Part shown: piece after piece, positions 11,211 through 23,422 of the stretch | How positions within the stretch are numbered: position 1 is the stretch's first letter | How the letters are laid out: the number at the start of each line of letters is the position of its first letter | NCBI GenBank assembly: GCA_964016885.1 | Contig: OZ024743.1 | Location: forward strand, 369,210,001 to 369,274,000 | Reading direction: 5' to 3' | Source of the DNA: Eledone cirrhosa | Lineage: Eukaryota | Length of the DNA: 64,000 bases | Notes under the pieces: generated by a model | The model's database searches: none | What the model was told of the DNA's origin: nothing | Seen by the model: only the letters and a program-made list of their open reading frames with translations | Translations under genes and position numbers: made by a program

Positions 11211-12218
11211 CAAGTGTCCACAGGATACTAGCTCCTTCAACTGCCCAGATAGTTCTATAGAAATAGTAGACACTTTCCGTTACCTGGGTGACAAAATCAG
11301 CAGTGGAGGAGGTTGTTCTGAAAGTACAGTAGCCAGAATAAGAACGGGATGGAAAAAGTTCAGAGAGCTAATACGGCTGTTGTCCACAAAAGGTTTCTCT
11401 CTAAAAATGAAAGGCAGATTGTATGATGCTTGTATATAAACAGCAATGTTACATGGCAGTGAGACATGGACATGGTGTGCAGAGAATCTGCGCAGATTGG
11501 AAAGAAATGAACCATGCATGCTCCAATGGATGTGTAATAGTAATATATATGAATGGCAAAGTGTAAACGAACTGAGAAATTAGGCATAAGACGGATCAGA
11601 TGCTGTTTACTTGAGAGAAGACTACGTTGGTATGGTCACATGATGCGCATGAAAGATGACAGTTGTATAAAAAAGTGCAGGGTGATCAAAATTGATGGAA
11701 GCTATGGAGTAGAAAGACCCAGAAAGTCCTGGGACGAGGTGATAAAAGCTGACCTTGCACACTTGCACCTCTCAAAGACAATGACACAGACTTCCATTGC
11801 GTACAGACTTAAACTTACACTCAGTAGAACTTACACCTCTTAATCCAATATACACCCCACACACCATACACCTCCCTCCCACTCTGCCCACACCACCCTT
11901 ACTCTGTAAAGTTACTACAAAGCATCCAGCCCACACTGTAAAATGGTTGTGTAGGTGTCATGAGAAAAAGCACCCAGCCCGCACTTAAATTGGTCATGTA
12001 GGAGACACAGCAAAAAGCACCCAGCACACACTGTAAATTGGTTAAGCTGGAGACATGGCAAAAAGCACCTAGCACACACTGCAAATGTGGTTGGCGTTAG
12101 GAAGGGTATCCAGCCAGAAACAGACCTATGCAAGCAAAACACGGTCACCCGACCCAACTTGCATCAAATGGGACAAACCCGTCTAACACATGCTAGTGTG
12201 GAAGGTCGATGATAATGA
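11211..12218 (+). mobile_element. 5'-truncated RTE family 2 LINE
   Basis: EIVDTFRYLGDKISSGGGCSES...MKGRLYDAC, RRLRWYGHMMR, 3' UTR repeats, gat tail. Confidence 0.88.
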
Positions 12219-12691
12219 TATATATAGCGTTTAATTGTTCTTTATTATGGCTAAGTGATGAGTTTTGTTACTCTGGAGTTTCACTTGTATATTCACAGAA
12301 TCATCATCATCTTGCCTGCTGAGTAACAAGGCTAACCACTCAGCCATCATTTGTGTGTATATACATGTAAAGTAAATGTATCTTTGTTGGTTTTGATATA
12401 ATCAATATTCCAATTGTTTGATCAACTGAACTATAGACACTGAATTTGTGCCCATAACATAATTTTTCTGGGGCAGAATAAGCACAAGGTTGGTCCCATG
12501 GTGCCATAATTATAAAATAAACTTCTTTACTCAACCATGTCAGCATCTACTACATGTATTATATCAGCCTGTTTCTCTCTAATATGCATGTATGTGAAAT
12601 ATCTGGTCTGAGAATGTGACAACCCAGTATGGAAAGCAGAGGTAAAATGATGATGATATATATCTATATATATCTATATATATATATTGTT

Positions 12692-13740
12692 GGGTCTCCT
12701 CGGGAACTGCTGTGGAAGGTTCTGCAGGAGTATAGGATCGATGGTTAGCTTCTTGCTGCCCTGATGCCTCTATACGGATGCCCAAGTATTTGTGTTTGGA
12801 TAAATGGTGCTAAATGAAACCATTCTATGTGGGAGTGGGTGCGTACTGTCACCTCCTGTTCATTATTTAAATGAACAGGATTGACATGTGCAGCCGGGCT
12901 GGAAGTGATATCGTGACTGGTGGGTGTAAAATCAATCAGCTGGAATTTGCAGACGACATGGTGTTAGTTAACTTGACAGAAGGTGATTGCCTACTTACAC
13001 TCGATAGGATTGATGCTGAGTGCTGCATGGCTGGAATGAAATTCAGTACTTCGAAAACTGAGACTCTTGTTCTCTCAAGGAAGCCTGCACAGTACACTCT
13101 ACATGTAAATGAAGTTCCACTGAAGCTGGTAGAGGAGTTCAAGTATCTCTGGGTCGTGTTCACAAGTGAAGGAAGGCAGGAGGCTGAATTAAGTGCAAGA
13201 TTTAGAGGAGCTGGTGCAGTAATGTGCCAGCTTCAGCATTCAGTAATCAGAAGAAGAGAGGAAGACATAAAAGCCAAACTCGCTATCTTCAATTCAGTAT
13301 TTTGCCAACACTTACCTATGGTCATGAATCTTGGGTAATGACAGAAAGAATACGATTGGGAATACAAGTGGCCGAAATAGGAGTACCCCGAAGAGTTTTT
13401 GAAGTAACGTTACTCAATAGAGTGCGGAGCTCAGAGTCACTCCATGTAGAGACGCTACATCTCAGAATTGAGAGATCACAGCTCGAAAACTATAGGCATG
13501 TAGTTAGAATGTCTCAGGAAAGAATCGCTGGACAGATTTTATGGGCAAAACCAACCAGCAGGAGACCCAGAGGTAGACCATGAGCAAGATGGTTGGATAA
13601 CATCCATGAACTTGGCTGGTCTCACTTGGGGGGCCAGCTGGATCAGTTAGAGATGATTGCTTCTGACATGACCTGCTGGAAGGAGTGTTTCAGGACTTTG
13701 CACCCACGACCTTCTCAGGAATAAGCGGGCGAAGAAGAAG
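12692..13740 (+). mobile_element. RTE family 3 (Rex3/Expander-like) LINE 3' fragment
   Basis: LEFADDMV, FKYLWV, PTLTYGHESWVMTER, RRPRGRP, (GAA)n tail. Confidence 0.85.
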
Positions 13741-14415
13741 GGTCACCATCTGTTCCAATGGCGAGCGTTTGAGTTGTACGAACAATGTAACACCCTGCTT
13801 GAAAAATTAATATGCAAACGGTTGAGAATTCCACAAACATGTATATGCTTAACATAGTTCTTGGAGAAATTTAGCATGACTGTGTAACAAGGATAGCCCT
13901 TTGAATTACAGGTACATTTCATTTTTTGCCTGGTGAGTGAACTGGATTAATGTGAAATAAAGTGCCTTACTCAAAGTCACAATGCATTGCCAGTTATCGA
14001 AGCCATGACCTTAACGGTTGTGAGGCAAACACACTAACCAGTGAAGATCCATGCATCTTCACTGATATATATATTTATACATACACTTGTGTATATATTT
14101 GTGTCTGTCTCTCTGTATGTGTATATGTATATATAAATATATAAGAATAATTTTGATCAATATACAATAATATTGATCATATTGTCTGGAAATTGCTTGA
14201 TGACAAAACAGTTCTGAAAAGAGCCAGTCAGAGAGTACACATCAGTTAATATTACCTAGACAAACATATCCCAAACCATGCATAGATATATAGATATAAA
14301 AGGCATGAGAAAAGCAGGAAGGCAAGCAATGAACTTACATGAAGATGATCAATACTAATTCTTAAGGCCTATACATATGTTTCGAGCCGATGTGTGTGTG
14401 TGCCTGTATGTATAC

Positions 14416-14540
14416 ATGGCTGTCTGGTTAAGAATTTCACTTCACAATCATGAGGTTCTGGCTTTGAGTACACCATGACTTCAGGTTGACCAATGCCATG
14501 TGAATGAATTTGGTAGACAGATTGTGCAGAAGTTCATTAT
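14416..14540 (+). mobile_element. Decayed tRNA-derived SINE (family B, octopus-type)
   Basis: catggctgtctggttaaga...gaatttggtagacag; similar to 14683-14850. Confidence 0.55.
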
Positions 14541-14682
14541 ATACATCAATCTGTAAAGAAATACATGTCTCTTTGTATTTCTGGTATTCACTGATATCAC
14601 ATTAAAAACCTCTTGTGAAACTAAAAATAACATACATATTTATATTAACAACTATACATATATATATACATGCATAAATATA

Positions 14683-14850
14683 AGCAGAGGCATGAATGTG
14701 TGGTTAAGAAATTCACTTTGTTACCACATGGTTCTGGATTCAGTCTAGCTATGTGGTATCTTCAGCAAGTGTCTTCTGCTATAGGCACAGGCTGGTCAAT
14801 ACCTTGTGAATAGAATTTGGTTGTTAGAAATTGCAGACGCCCATCATATG
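14683..14850 (+). mobile_element. tRNA-derived SINE (family B, octopus-type)
   Basis: gcagaggcatg..gtgtggttaagaa...accacatggttctggattcagtc...gcaagtgtcttctgctatag...ccttgtgaatagaatttgg, then (TG)n. Resembles the abundant octopus SINE from memory. Confidence 0.65.
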
Positions 14851-15385
14851 TGTTTGTGTGTGTGTATGTTTTCATTTTACATTTGTTTTTTTCCAAAATG
14901 TTATGGGTTGGAAAGGTTGTCATGATCCATGACCATATATAGTTTCCCAGAATAATCCATGAACAAAAAAATCTTGATTTCAAGATTAAGCAGAGAGAAT
15001 TTCAAAAAGATGCAAACAGATTAAAAGTCTAATAGAATGGGAGTGGAACATTTAGGATGAGCATTCTCATTTTGTGTTCTAAATTGGAACATTATCTTCC
15101 TTCAATTTCCCTTTAATCTCTGTCTCAACTCTGGGTGTTTGTATTAGTGTATAAATTAATAAATTCATTAGGTGTTTGCATGTGCTTATATGTGGTTGTG
15201 TGTGTAATTGCATTCCATCCTGTCACCCCTTACAATGTATATAGTGTGTATATGTGTAGATATATGTATTTAGATATCTGTATTCATATAAACATGTCAA
15301 AAAACTATTAGTCGTTTAAGTTAAAAAAAAAAAAAAATTATACATATTTGGCATCCAAGCAATGCCTAGTACAGCTAGTCATTGC

Positions 15386-15568
15386 ATTGGCAGTAACGGT
15401 AGAGAATCTGATGCCATGCTTTGCAGCAAAGAGTTATGGCCCTTTATGGTCTGGGTTCAAATCCCGCTGAGGTTAACTTTGCTTTTCATCCTTACAGGGG
15501 CGATAAAATAAAAGTACCAGTAATGTACTGGGTAATTGCTGGCCTTGTGCCAAAAGTAGAAACAATTA
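15386..15568 (+). mobile_element. SINE family A
   Basis: Same consensus as 900-1087. Confidence 0.88.
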
Positions 15569-15584
15569 TATATATATATTTATG

Positions 15585-15976
15585 TTGTGCTAGTCACATG
15601 ACAGATGCAGCTAGTCCACTCTATATGGTCTTTGTGCTGGTGACATGTGACATGACAAAAAGCAGCTAGTCCACCTTTTATGATAGCCATGTTGGTGACA
15701 TGACAAAAAAAGCACCCAGTCCACTCTGTAAGGTGGTTGTGCTGGTGACACAACAAATAGTGCCTAGTCCACCATAACAGAGGGTTCTTTTAGTACCATA
15801 ATAAAAAGCAATCAGTCCACACTAACCTGCTTAGTGTTAGGAAGAGCATCCAACCATAGAAACCAAGCTAAAATACAAATCTGCATGAGAAGACATGGTA
15901 ACCTGACCTGACTTGTCTCATAACTTGATAACCTGACTAACCTATGCAAGCATGGAAAAATAGCCATTAAATGACG
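15585..15976 (+). mobile_element. RTE family 2 3' UTR fragment
   Basis: cccagtccac tandem units, gttaggaagagcatcc, ...attaaatgacgat end. Confidence 0.7.
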
Positions 15977-15999
15977 ATATATGTATATATATATACAGG

Positions 16000-18235
16000 C
16001 AAAGCAGTCGGGCCATCAGGAATAGTTGTTGAGATGCTGAAAGCATCTGGGATGGTAGGTCACACCATAACCACCCAAACTGTAAACCAAATAATTCAAT
16101 GTACTCAATAACTGGCAAAGCAGCATCATCATCAATTGCTACAAGCACAAAGGTGATGCACTAGACAGAGGAAACTACCAAGGTATCAAATTGATGGACC
16201 AGGTCATGAAAGTTACAAAAAGAGTCATTGTACAACTGATTAGGGATCAAATTAAACTAGATGAGATGCAGTTTGGATTTGTGCCAGGTAGAAGTATCAC
16301 TGATGCCCTCTTCCTTATGAGGCAACTGCAGGGGAAGTATCTAGCTAAAAGTAAACCCTTTTACTTGGCATTTGTTGAGAAAACTAGAGAAAGCTTTTGA
16401 CAGATTCCTCTATTCTGTAATTAGGTGAGCACAGGAAACTAGGAGTGGAAGGGTGGCTTGTGACGGCAGTACAAGCCTTGTACAGAGGTGTTGTCAGCAA
16501 GGTTAAAATTAATAATGACTATAGTAAGTTTAGTGTGCAAGCTGGGGTGTACCAATCTCTGTTCTTAGCCCTCTACTATTCATTATCATCTTCCAGGCTA
16601 TATCAGAATAGTTTAAAACCGGATGACCTTGGGTACTTCTCTATGCTGATGATCTAACTTTCAGGTGAATCTATGACAGAACTAGAGAAAAATTTCTTGA
16701 CCTGGTAGCATAACCTGGACTCGAAAGGTCTTAAAGTCAACTTGGCAAAGACCGAAGTTCTAGTAAGTAGTAATGAAAACAAGGCCCTGATCGTTGATAG
16801 TTTCTGTTACCTGGAGGACCAAATCAGCAATGGTGGGTGTTCCAAAAGAACAATAGCCAGAGTGAGAATGGGATGAAGAAAGTTCAGGGAGCTATTACTG
16901 TTGCTAGCCACAAAAGTTTTTTCCTCAAAATAGACAGACTGTATGATGCATGTATACAAACAGCAATGCTGCATTGTAGTGAGACTGGAGCGCTGTGTGC
17001 AGAGGATCTGCGAAGATTGGAAAGAAGTGAAGCCTGCTTGCTCATGTAATATACATGAACAGCAAAGTGCAAATGAACTGAGAGAGAAATTGGGCATAAG
17101 AGGGATCTGATGCAGTGTGAACGAGAGGAGATTGTGTTGGTATTGGCATGTGATGTGTATGAAGGATGGCAGCTGTATAAAAAGGTGCAGGGCGCTCAAA
17201 GTTGATGAAAGCTATGGAAAGTTTGGGATGAGGTGATAAAAGCTGATCTTGCACAATTTCACCTCTCAAAGGTGATGACACTGGATTGAAATCTCTGGCA
17301 TTATGCAGTAATAAAGAAGTCCCACATTCCCATGTGAATGGGATGTGGTAACATTAGTGGCCTCTAGCTTTTACCACTTCTCCGCCATCTCTATACAATA
17401 CTGCAGAAAACCCACCTTCTTATGTGCACGGGATGAAGTAAAATCTATCAGTCTCTAGTACACACCATTTCTCCCCTTCCCCTTTCCATATATCTACCAT
17501 GTCTTAACATTCCACTGTTCACCAGCTAAGTACTCCACTACCTCTCATTCCCACTTTCCACATCTGATGCAGCTCTTTTGACCAACATGCTTAGAAAGAT
17601 AAACACGCAGTCCCACAATGCTGCTGAAATGGCTAATGGCTTTCTGTCCACCCTGTAAGGTGGTCATACTGATGTCACAACAAAAGCTACTATGTAAGGT
17701 GTCCATGCTGGTACCATGACAAACAAGCATCCAGTCAAACCTGTAAAGTGGTCATATTGGTGACAACAGGTGGCACAATGCCCACCCTGTAAAGTGGGAG
17801 TGTTGGTGTCAAGAAAGAAGGTGCCTGGCTTGCCCTGGGGTATAGGTGGGTTGGTGACACTTCAACCCTGCAGTGTGGTCGTGTTAGTGACATGACTATA
17901 AATGCTTAGTCCACTTTGTAAAATGGTCATGATGGAGTTACAACAAAAGTACCCAGTCCACACTATAAGTGGCTGTTTTGGTGCTATGACAAAAAGTGCC
18001 CAGTCCACACTGTAAAATGGTATGTTGGTGACACAGCAAAAAGTATCCAGTCCACACTGTAAATTGGTTGTGTAGGTGTCATGACCAAAAGTGGCCAGTC
18101 ACACTATAAAGTGATCATTTTCATGCCACGATAAAAGACACCCAGTTAATGGTGTATTTGTGGTTGGCGTTAGGAAGGGCATCCAGTTGTAGAAATCAAG
18201 CCAGAAACAGTTCTGTATGAGCAAGACACGGTCAT
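16000..18235 (+). mobile_element. Decayed RTE family 2 LINE (RT to 3' UTR) with expanded ~50-bp UTR tandem array
   Basis: DQVMKVTKRVI, LDEMQFGFVPG, LYDACIQTAMLH. About 10 or more cccagtccacactgtaaagtgg units at 17640-18150. Confidence 0.85.
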
Positions 18236-18489
18236 GTTTATAAGCATAAAAACTATAAAATAAATTAGCAAAGACTAAAGTCTTAATCAGTAGGAAAGAA
18301 GATTAAAGTAAAAAAATAATGCTAGGATCAGCGGGAGAAGGGTTTACAGAAAATAAAATCTTTGGTAAAAATGCTTAAATATTGAATATACAAACTAGTT
18401 CTTTTATTTTTTTAAATACCAGTTTCTGTTTAGTGGTGAACAGTATATAAACATAGGGTAATCTGAAGTCCAGAAATCTATTTCAATTC

Positions 18490-18848
18490 ACTCTAAGTAC
18501 CCCACCTTAGACCTACCTCTCCAATCCCCATCCAACATACATGCATCCCCACTGCCCACTCCACCCTGTAAAGTGGTTGGGCTGAAGACACGACAAAAAA
18601 CACCCAGTTCAACCTGTAAACTGGTCATGTTGGTATCATGACAAAAATCACCCAGTCTATGCTATAAAGTGGTCGTTTTGGTGCCATGATAAAAAGCACT
18701 CAGTCCACACTGTAAATGTGGTTGGCATTAGGAAGGGCATCTGGCTGTAGAAAGATACGGTCATCTGATCTGACTTGTCTCACAACATGGCAATTTGTCT
18801 AACCCAAGCTAGTGTGGAAAATAGATGTTAAACGGTGATGATGGTGAT
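18490..18848 (+). mobile_element. RTE family 2 3' UTR fragment
   Basis: Tandem UTR units, gttggcattaggaagggcatc, gatgatggtgat tail. Confidence 0.75.
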
Positions 18849-19043
18849 TTCAAGCTAAATTATTTCTCTTATATTGCTAATAATGTTCTTGAAAAAAAAA
18901 AAAAATGGAACACCACACAATCTCATGAAACTTCTTTATGAATTTGTGATCATAGGCCTAAATATAGAGTCAATTCATTTTTGTATAAAAATATTTCATA
19001 TAAACTGTATAAACGTATGTTGATATTGGAGTTTTATTTGTGA

Positions 19044-21181
19044 CTAGCAGATTTACCCGGCGTTGCTCGAGGTTTGAAATTATGCTAAGAATATACAGCT
19101 AGGAAGTAAAAGAACATTATTTGTCCCCAACCTGTCAAAATAAGCAGAAGTCTTCAATAATTAGTGCAAACATATATTAATTGCAATCTTTGTACACATA
19201 AAATTATGCTGATAATGAAGGAAAACACTGAACAGGATGTAGTTATACAAATGATTAATGACAATACACGTTGCAAATCTGTAAAAAAAACAGGCAGTTT
19301 TGCTAAAGTACAAAAAGTTGTAATGAAAGCAGAGTTGTATACAAACAAAAAAACAATGAGAGTAGAATAAGAGAAAATCTATTCTTTGAGAGCATCCTTT
19401 GCTGTGTATGGTTACATTTTTAACTTATAATCCAAAATATCCTGCATGACATATTCATTGGTATGTTTTGTAATGAGTAAGGTGAAGTCAAGGCAGAGCT
19501 GTAATAAGTTTTTTTGTTAACACTAAAGCACTTCAGGATAGACGATATTCTTTGTTTTTCTTTTTGGAACAAACGCAAAGAGATTATCTCGACTGCCAAC
19601 TTGTGAACAGGCAACGTAGAATTGTCTGTGCGAAAAGCAAGGTTCATCCAAGTGAATTCCAGCGACGGACAGAGTTTGACCTTGCGACTTGTTTATGGAC
19701 ATCACAAAGGCAATACAAAGGGGAAATTGGGTTTGGCGAAAGGAGAAGGGAGTATCCACGCCTGATGTAGTCGGGCTAATTTTTGTTATTATCACATCCT
19801 CGCCTTTTCCACATCCGGATAGAATGGTAGTGTCAATACTAAGTGGAGACAGTTTTTTAACCACAAGGCGTGTACCATTGCATAGTTTTGGAGGAGTGAT
19901 ATTTCTCAGCAAAATAACTGGTGTTCCCTCTTTCAGAACCAATGTATTAGGAAATAAACCAAGAGGATTTCAAGAATTTAGAAATTCAACTGGATAATTG
20001 ACTGCATCCTGTGGATCACATACAGTATCAATAGATTTATATATCCGTGGACATCCAGGAAGAAGCTGATCGTTAATACAGCTAACCGTGATATTTTTGG
20101 GTGCAAGAATGGCTCTTTCACATAGCCAATCAAGATTTGTATAGTTATCACGCAAGTTCGGGAATACACTCGCCTTGAGATCATCGACAGTTTCAACTAC
20201 ATTGCAGATGTGATCAATTGCTATGTGTCCATCTGTATCCGGAGGTAGGTTATCATCTATTGTAAGAATGTCTCCAGAAAATGTTGATGACAGAGGGTCC
20301 TCATCCAACCTTGCACGCATGTTGGCAGTTAGTCTTAATGATGTAACTTGTTGCCACAATGGTGAAGACTTAAGACATGCATTTACCGTATCTGCTCTTG
20401 TTCCTTTCGGTATTATAGGAAGAGTCTGTCTGAAGTCTCCTGATAGCAGAAGGGTGACACCCCCCATAACATCACTGCAATCCCGTATGTCTTGCAAAGA
20501 CCTGTCTAGTGTCTTCGCAGCAGATGAGCCCTTTCGGAGTCTTTGGTGATATGACAAGTAGGAGTTTCCAATTTTGTCAAATCAAGGGGCAATTTAAAAA
20601 CTGAATGTGCCGTCCTTCCACCAGGGAGCAAAGTTGCTGCCTTTCATATTTTTGTACTGTCTCTGCAGATCTTGCTGCATCAGTATCTGTAGCATCCATA
20701 GCAAGGCATTGCTCTGTAGTCTCTGCAGCTCGTGCTGCAGCAGTTGCTTTAGCATTATTGGTTCGCCGCACTAACCGATGCTCAGCGGCGGACAAAGATG
20801 TTGCAATAACTGTACTCACCGCATTTAGTGATTGTCTATTTTCGGTTATCGGCAGAGCGTCATTTACATGCATTGTTTTCTTCGACCGATAGCCAATATG
20901 TGCATACTTTCTTTCACGGGGCATATTTGGTGAAAAGGTTATCTCCCTTTTTTATAAGGATTGTCAATAAAGTTTGTTATCTCCCTTACATCAATTTTGA
21001 TATCGATTTTTTATTGCACAACGTGGGTCGATTTGAAAAATGTTTGTGATGTGACAATCTTAGCGACCTGTGCAACGTGCACAGAAAATTGGTCAAATTC
21101 AGTTGGTAATTGTGAAAGCCTTATGCATGCAAAGTTGTACACAGACACACACACACATTCTCGCTTTTATATATATAAAGA
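19044..21181 (-). mobile_element. Internally deleted Helitron with both termini
   Basis: Minus-strand 5' end A|TCTTTATATATATAAAAG at 21181; 3' end ctcgagcaacgccggg hairpin then CTAG|T at 19044. Contains PIF1-helicase remnants and an N-terminal RAAET repeat region. Confidence 0.88.
19523..20557 (-). pseudogene. Helitron PIF1-family helicase C-terminal domains (frameshifted)
   Basis: GGVTLLLSGDFRQTLP, LTANMR, ERAILAPKN, YPVEFLNS, LLRNITPPKLCNGTRL, MSINKSQGQT, FYVACSQV. Confidence 0.92.
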
Positions 21182-22146
21182 TATAATTTTTGCAGGTGGT
21201 CACTACTCAAACATTTGCACTTTGAGATAGTTCAGGCAGTTTGCCCATGATTGAGATAGCGCCATCCAATAGCAGTATTTTTTTTGCCATTACTGTTAGA
21301 AGTTGCAAGGAAACCACCAAATATTGGAACTGTGATGTCTTGGTTTTGGAAGAAGATTGAGACTTGCTGTAAGTTATTTGTAGACACAGAAGTCCACACA
21401 ACCAGTAACTGTTGGATCCCACAATAATGGCTTCTAGTCAAGCAATTTGAACATTATATTGTTGTATTTTCACTCTTTCACACCTGATTCTGTTTAGTGG
21501 TGTTAGAATTGCAACAAGGACCTTTGGCACAGGGGATCAACTGACACGTGCCTTTTAAAGCAAATATTTTTGGCCAGTGGGAGATTAACTCCAGCTCCAG
21601 CAATACTGAACTTAGAGGCACTGTGACAATCTATATGCTGGATATATGTTCACCTTCTGTTATGGATTCACTGATTGGAATTGACTAAATCCATCATGGA
21701 TGAAGGCTGTTACAAGTATATATAAACTGCTGTTTTTCTTAAGTATTGAAATTCCCCACCACCTTTCTTTAGTATCATTTTTGCATAGATAGTGGACCTT
21801 TACATATCTTTCAACTTACTACAATGTGCAGCCATATCTTCCTCAAATTACACTCTGTTATAAAAAAAAACAACTAATAACACATTGAAGAATGTATACC
21901 TAGAGTCATTAAGTCAGAATAAGATGAAATAGGATGGTCATGACTAAAATATCGTTTATCTTAGGTCTTCATAATCAGGGCTGACTCGGAGACAAACTAC
22001 AGCAATAACCACTACATTTTTAGGTTATTTTTTTGTTGTCAAAATATGTCTCGTGCTGGTAAATTACAATAATGTTTTATTGTCTCTTATAGTGAATCTA
22101 TTTTGGGTTAAATCTCTGAAAATATCTTCATTTTCATTTATTCCAG

Positions 22147-22261
22147 TTCATTACCTTGGATCTCTCTATATATCTTCATGGAACCAGAATGTTGGAAAGT
22201 TTTCTATTTACGGACTACCATACAATTTACACATTATAAAGCATAGAACTCAAGTGTCAAG
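22147..22261 (+). CDS. Candidate internal host exon, product unknown
   Basis: Acceptor ttttcatttattccag and donor AAG|gtaggt. One of three frames is open: xHYLGSLYISSWNQNVGKFSIYGLPYNLHIIKHRTQVS(R). Sequence is non-repetitive. Confidence 0.3.
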
Positions 22262-22325
22262 GTAGGTAACCAAACTGATTGCACAGGAGTTTTTTTTTAA
22301 TCATTTAATTAAAATTTACCATTGA

Positions 22326-22590
22326 AGGTGTGTGGCTTAGTGGGAAGGGTGTCGGGCATATAATAATAATGCTATGGGTTTAATCCCTGAACTGGCTTGT
22401 GTGTTGTGTTCTTGAGCAAAACACTTTATTTCATGTTGCTCCAGTACATTCAGGTGAAAATGAGTACCAGAGTAGCTGGGGTTTAACCCTGCGATAGACT
22501 GGCAACCTATCCAGAAGGAAGTCTTAGTCGCTTAACACTGAGGAAAATACGATAATCACCGGCTTGATGAAACTGAACTTGGGAGGAACA
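22326..22590 (+). mobile_element. tRNA-derived SINE family C (CORE-like and V-domain-like segments)
   Basis: gtggcttagtgg A-box, gggtttaatccc B-box, ttcttgagcaaaacacttta, ccctgcgatagactggcaacctatccag. Confidence 0.65.
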
Positions 22591-23422
22591 AATTACCAAT
22601 TTGTCTCATTTGGCAGAATTATTGGAGCATTGGACAACATTCCTTGTCGTATTTAGTTGTTGATTTTTTATGTTTTGAGGGAAAATCCTGATGAAGTTAA
22701 TTTTGCCTGCCACTTTTCTGCAGTTGATATAGAGTACCAATGAAGTACAGGAGTTGATTTAATTGTCTATACCCTTTTCGTAAAACATTTCGGTTTTGTG
22801 CCAAATTTCAGGTCAATATTTTAGAAAATTTCAAACTATGTTTTTCAAAACTTTACAATTTATAAATAAATTTTAAAGTAAATTATATTTGTTGATTTTA
22901 AAATAAAAAAGGATCTAAAAAGATGTATGATGTTTTGAATGACACTAACGGAAATTATTCTATATTAGTACATGACTTATTATTTTAAGGCGGGAATAAG
23001 TAATATTTGGTTTCTTTATCACACTGTAACAAAGCTATGTTTGTGGATTATATATATGTGATATGTGTGTGTGTGTGTGTCTTACACTTACAGTGCATAT
23101 TTAACAACCAATTCTGTTTATGTCCTGTAACTGTCATCAACCTTATATGCACACACGCTGATAAAGAGAGTAAAAGACTGCTGTTGGCAGAGAATAGATG
23201 GACAGAAAATAGTATATAAACATAATATAGATATAAATGTTTCTACTTAGAAGAAATATCTTGTCTGAAGTGAATGTTTCTTGTTTCTAAATATTTAAAT
23301 AATGAAATCTTAAGCATATGACTTATGACCCTTAAGTCATTGATATAGCTTTGAAGCTATAATAAAATATACATCGCTCTACCTGAATATTGAGTTATCT
23401 TTCTTCTGTTTGCACAGCCACT

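Noticed and set aside
21195-21720. Unique, moderately GC-rich stretch after a tttgcag acceptor
   Set aside because: Stops occur early in all plus frames and I recognised no protein on either strand; it could be UTR but nothing supports a call
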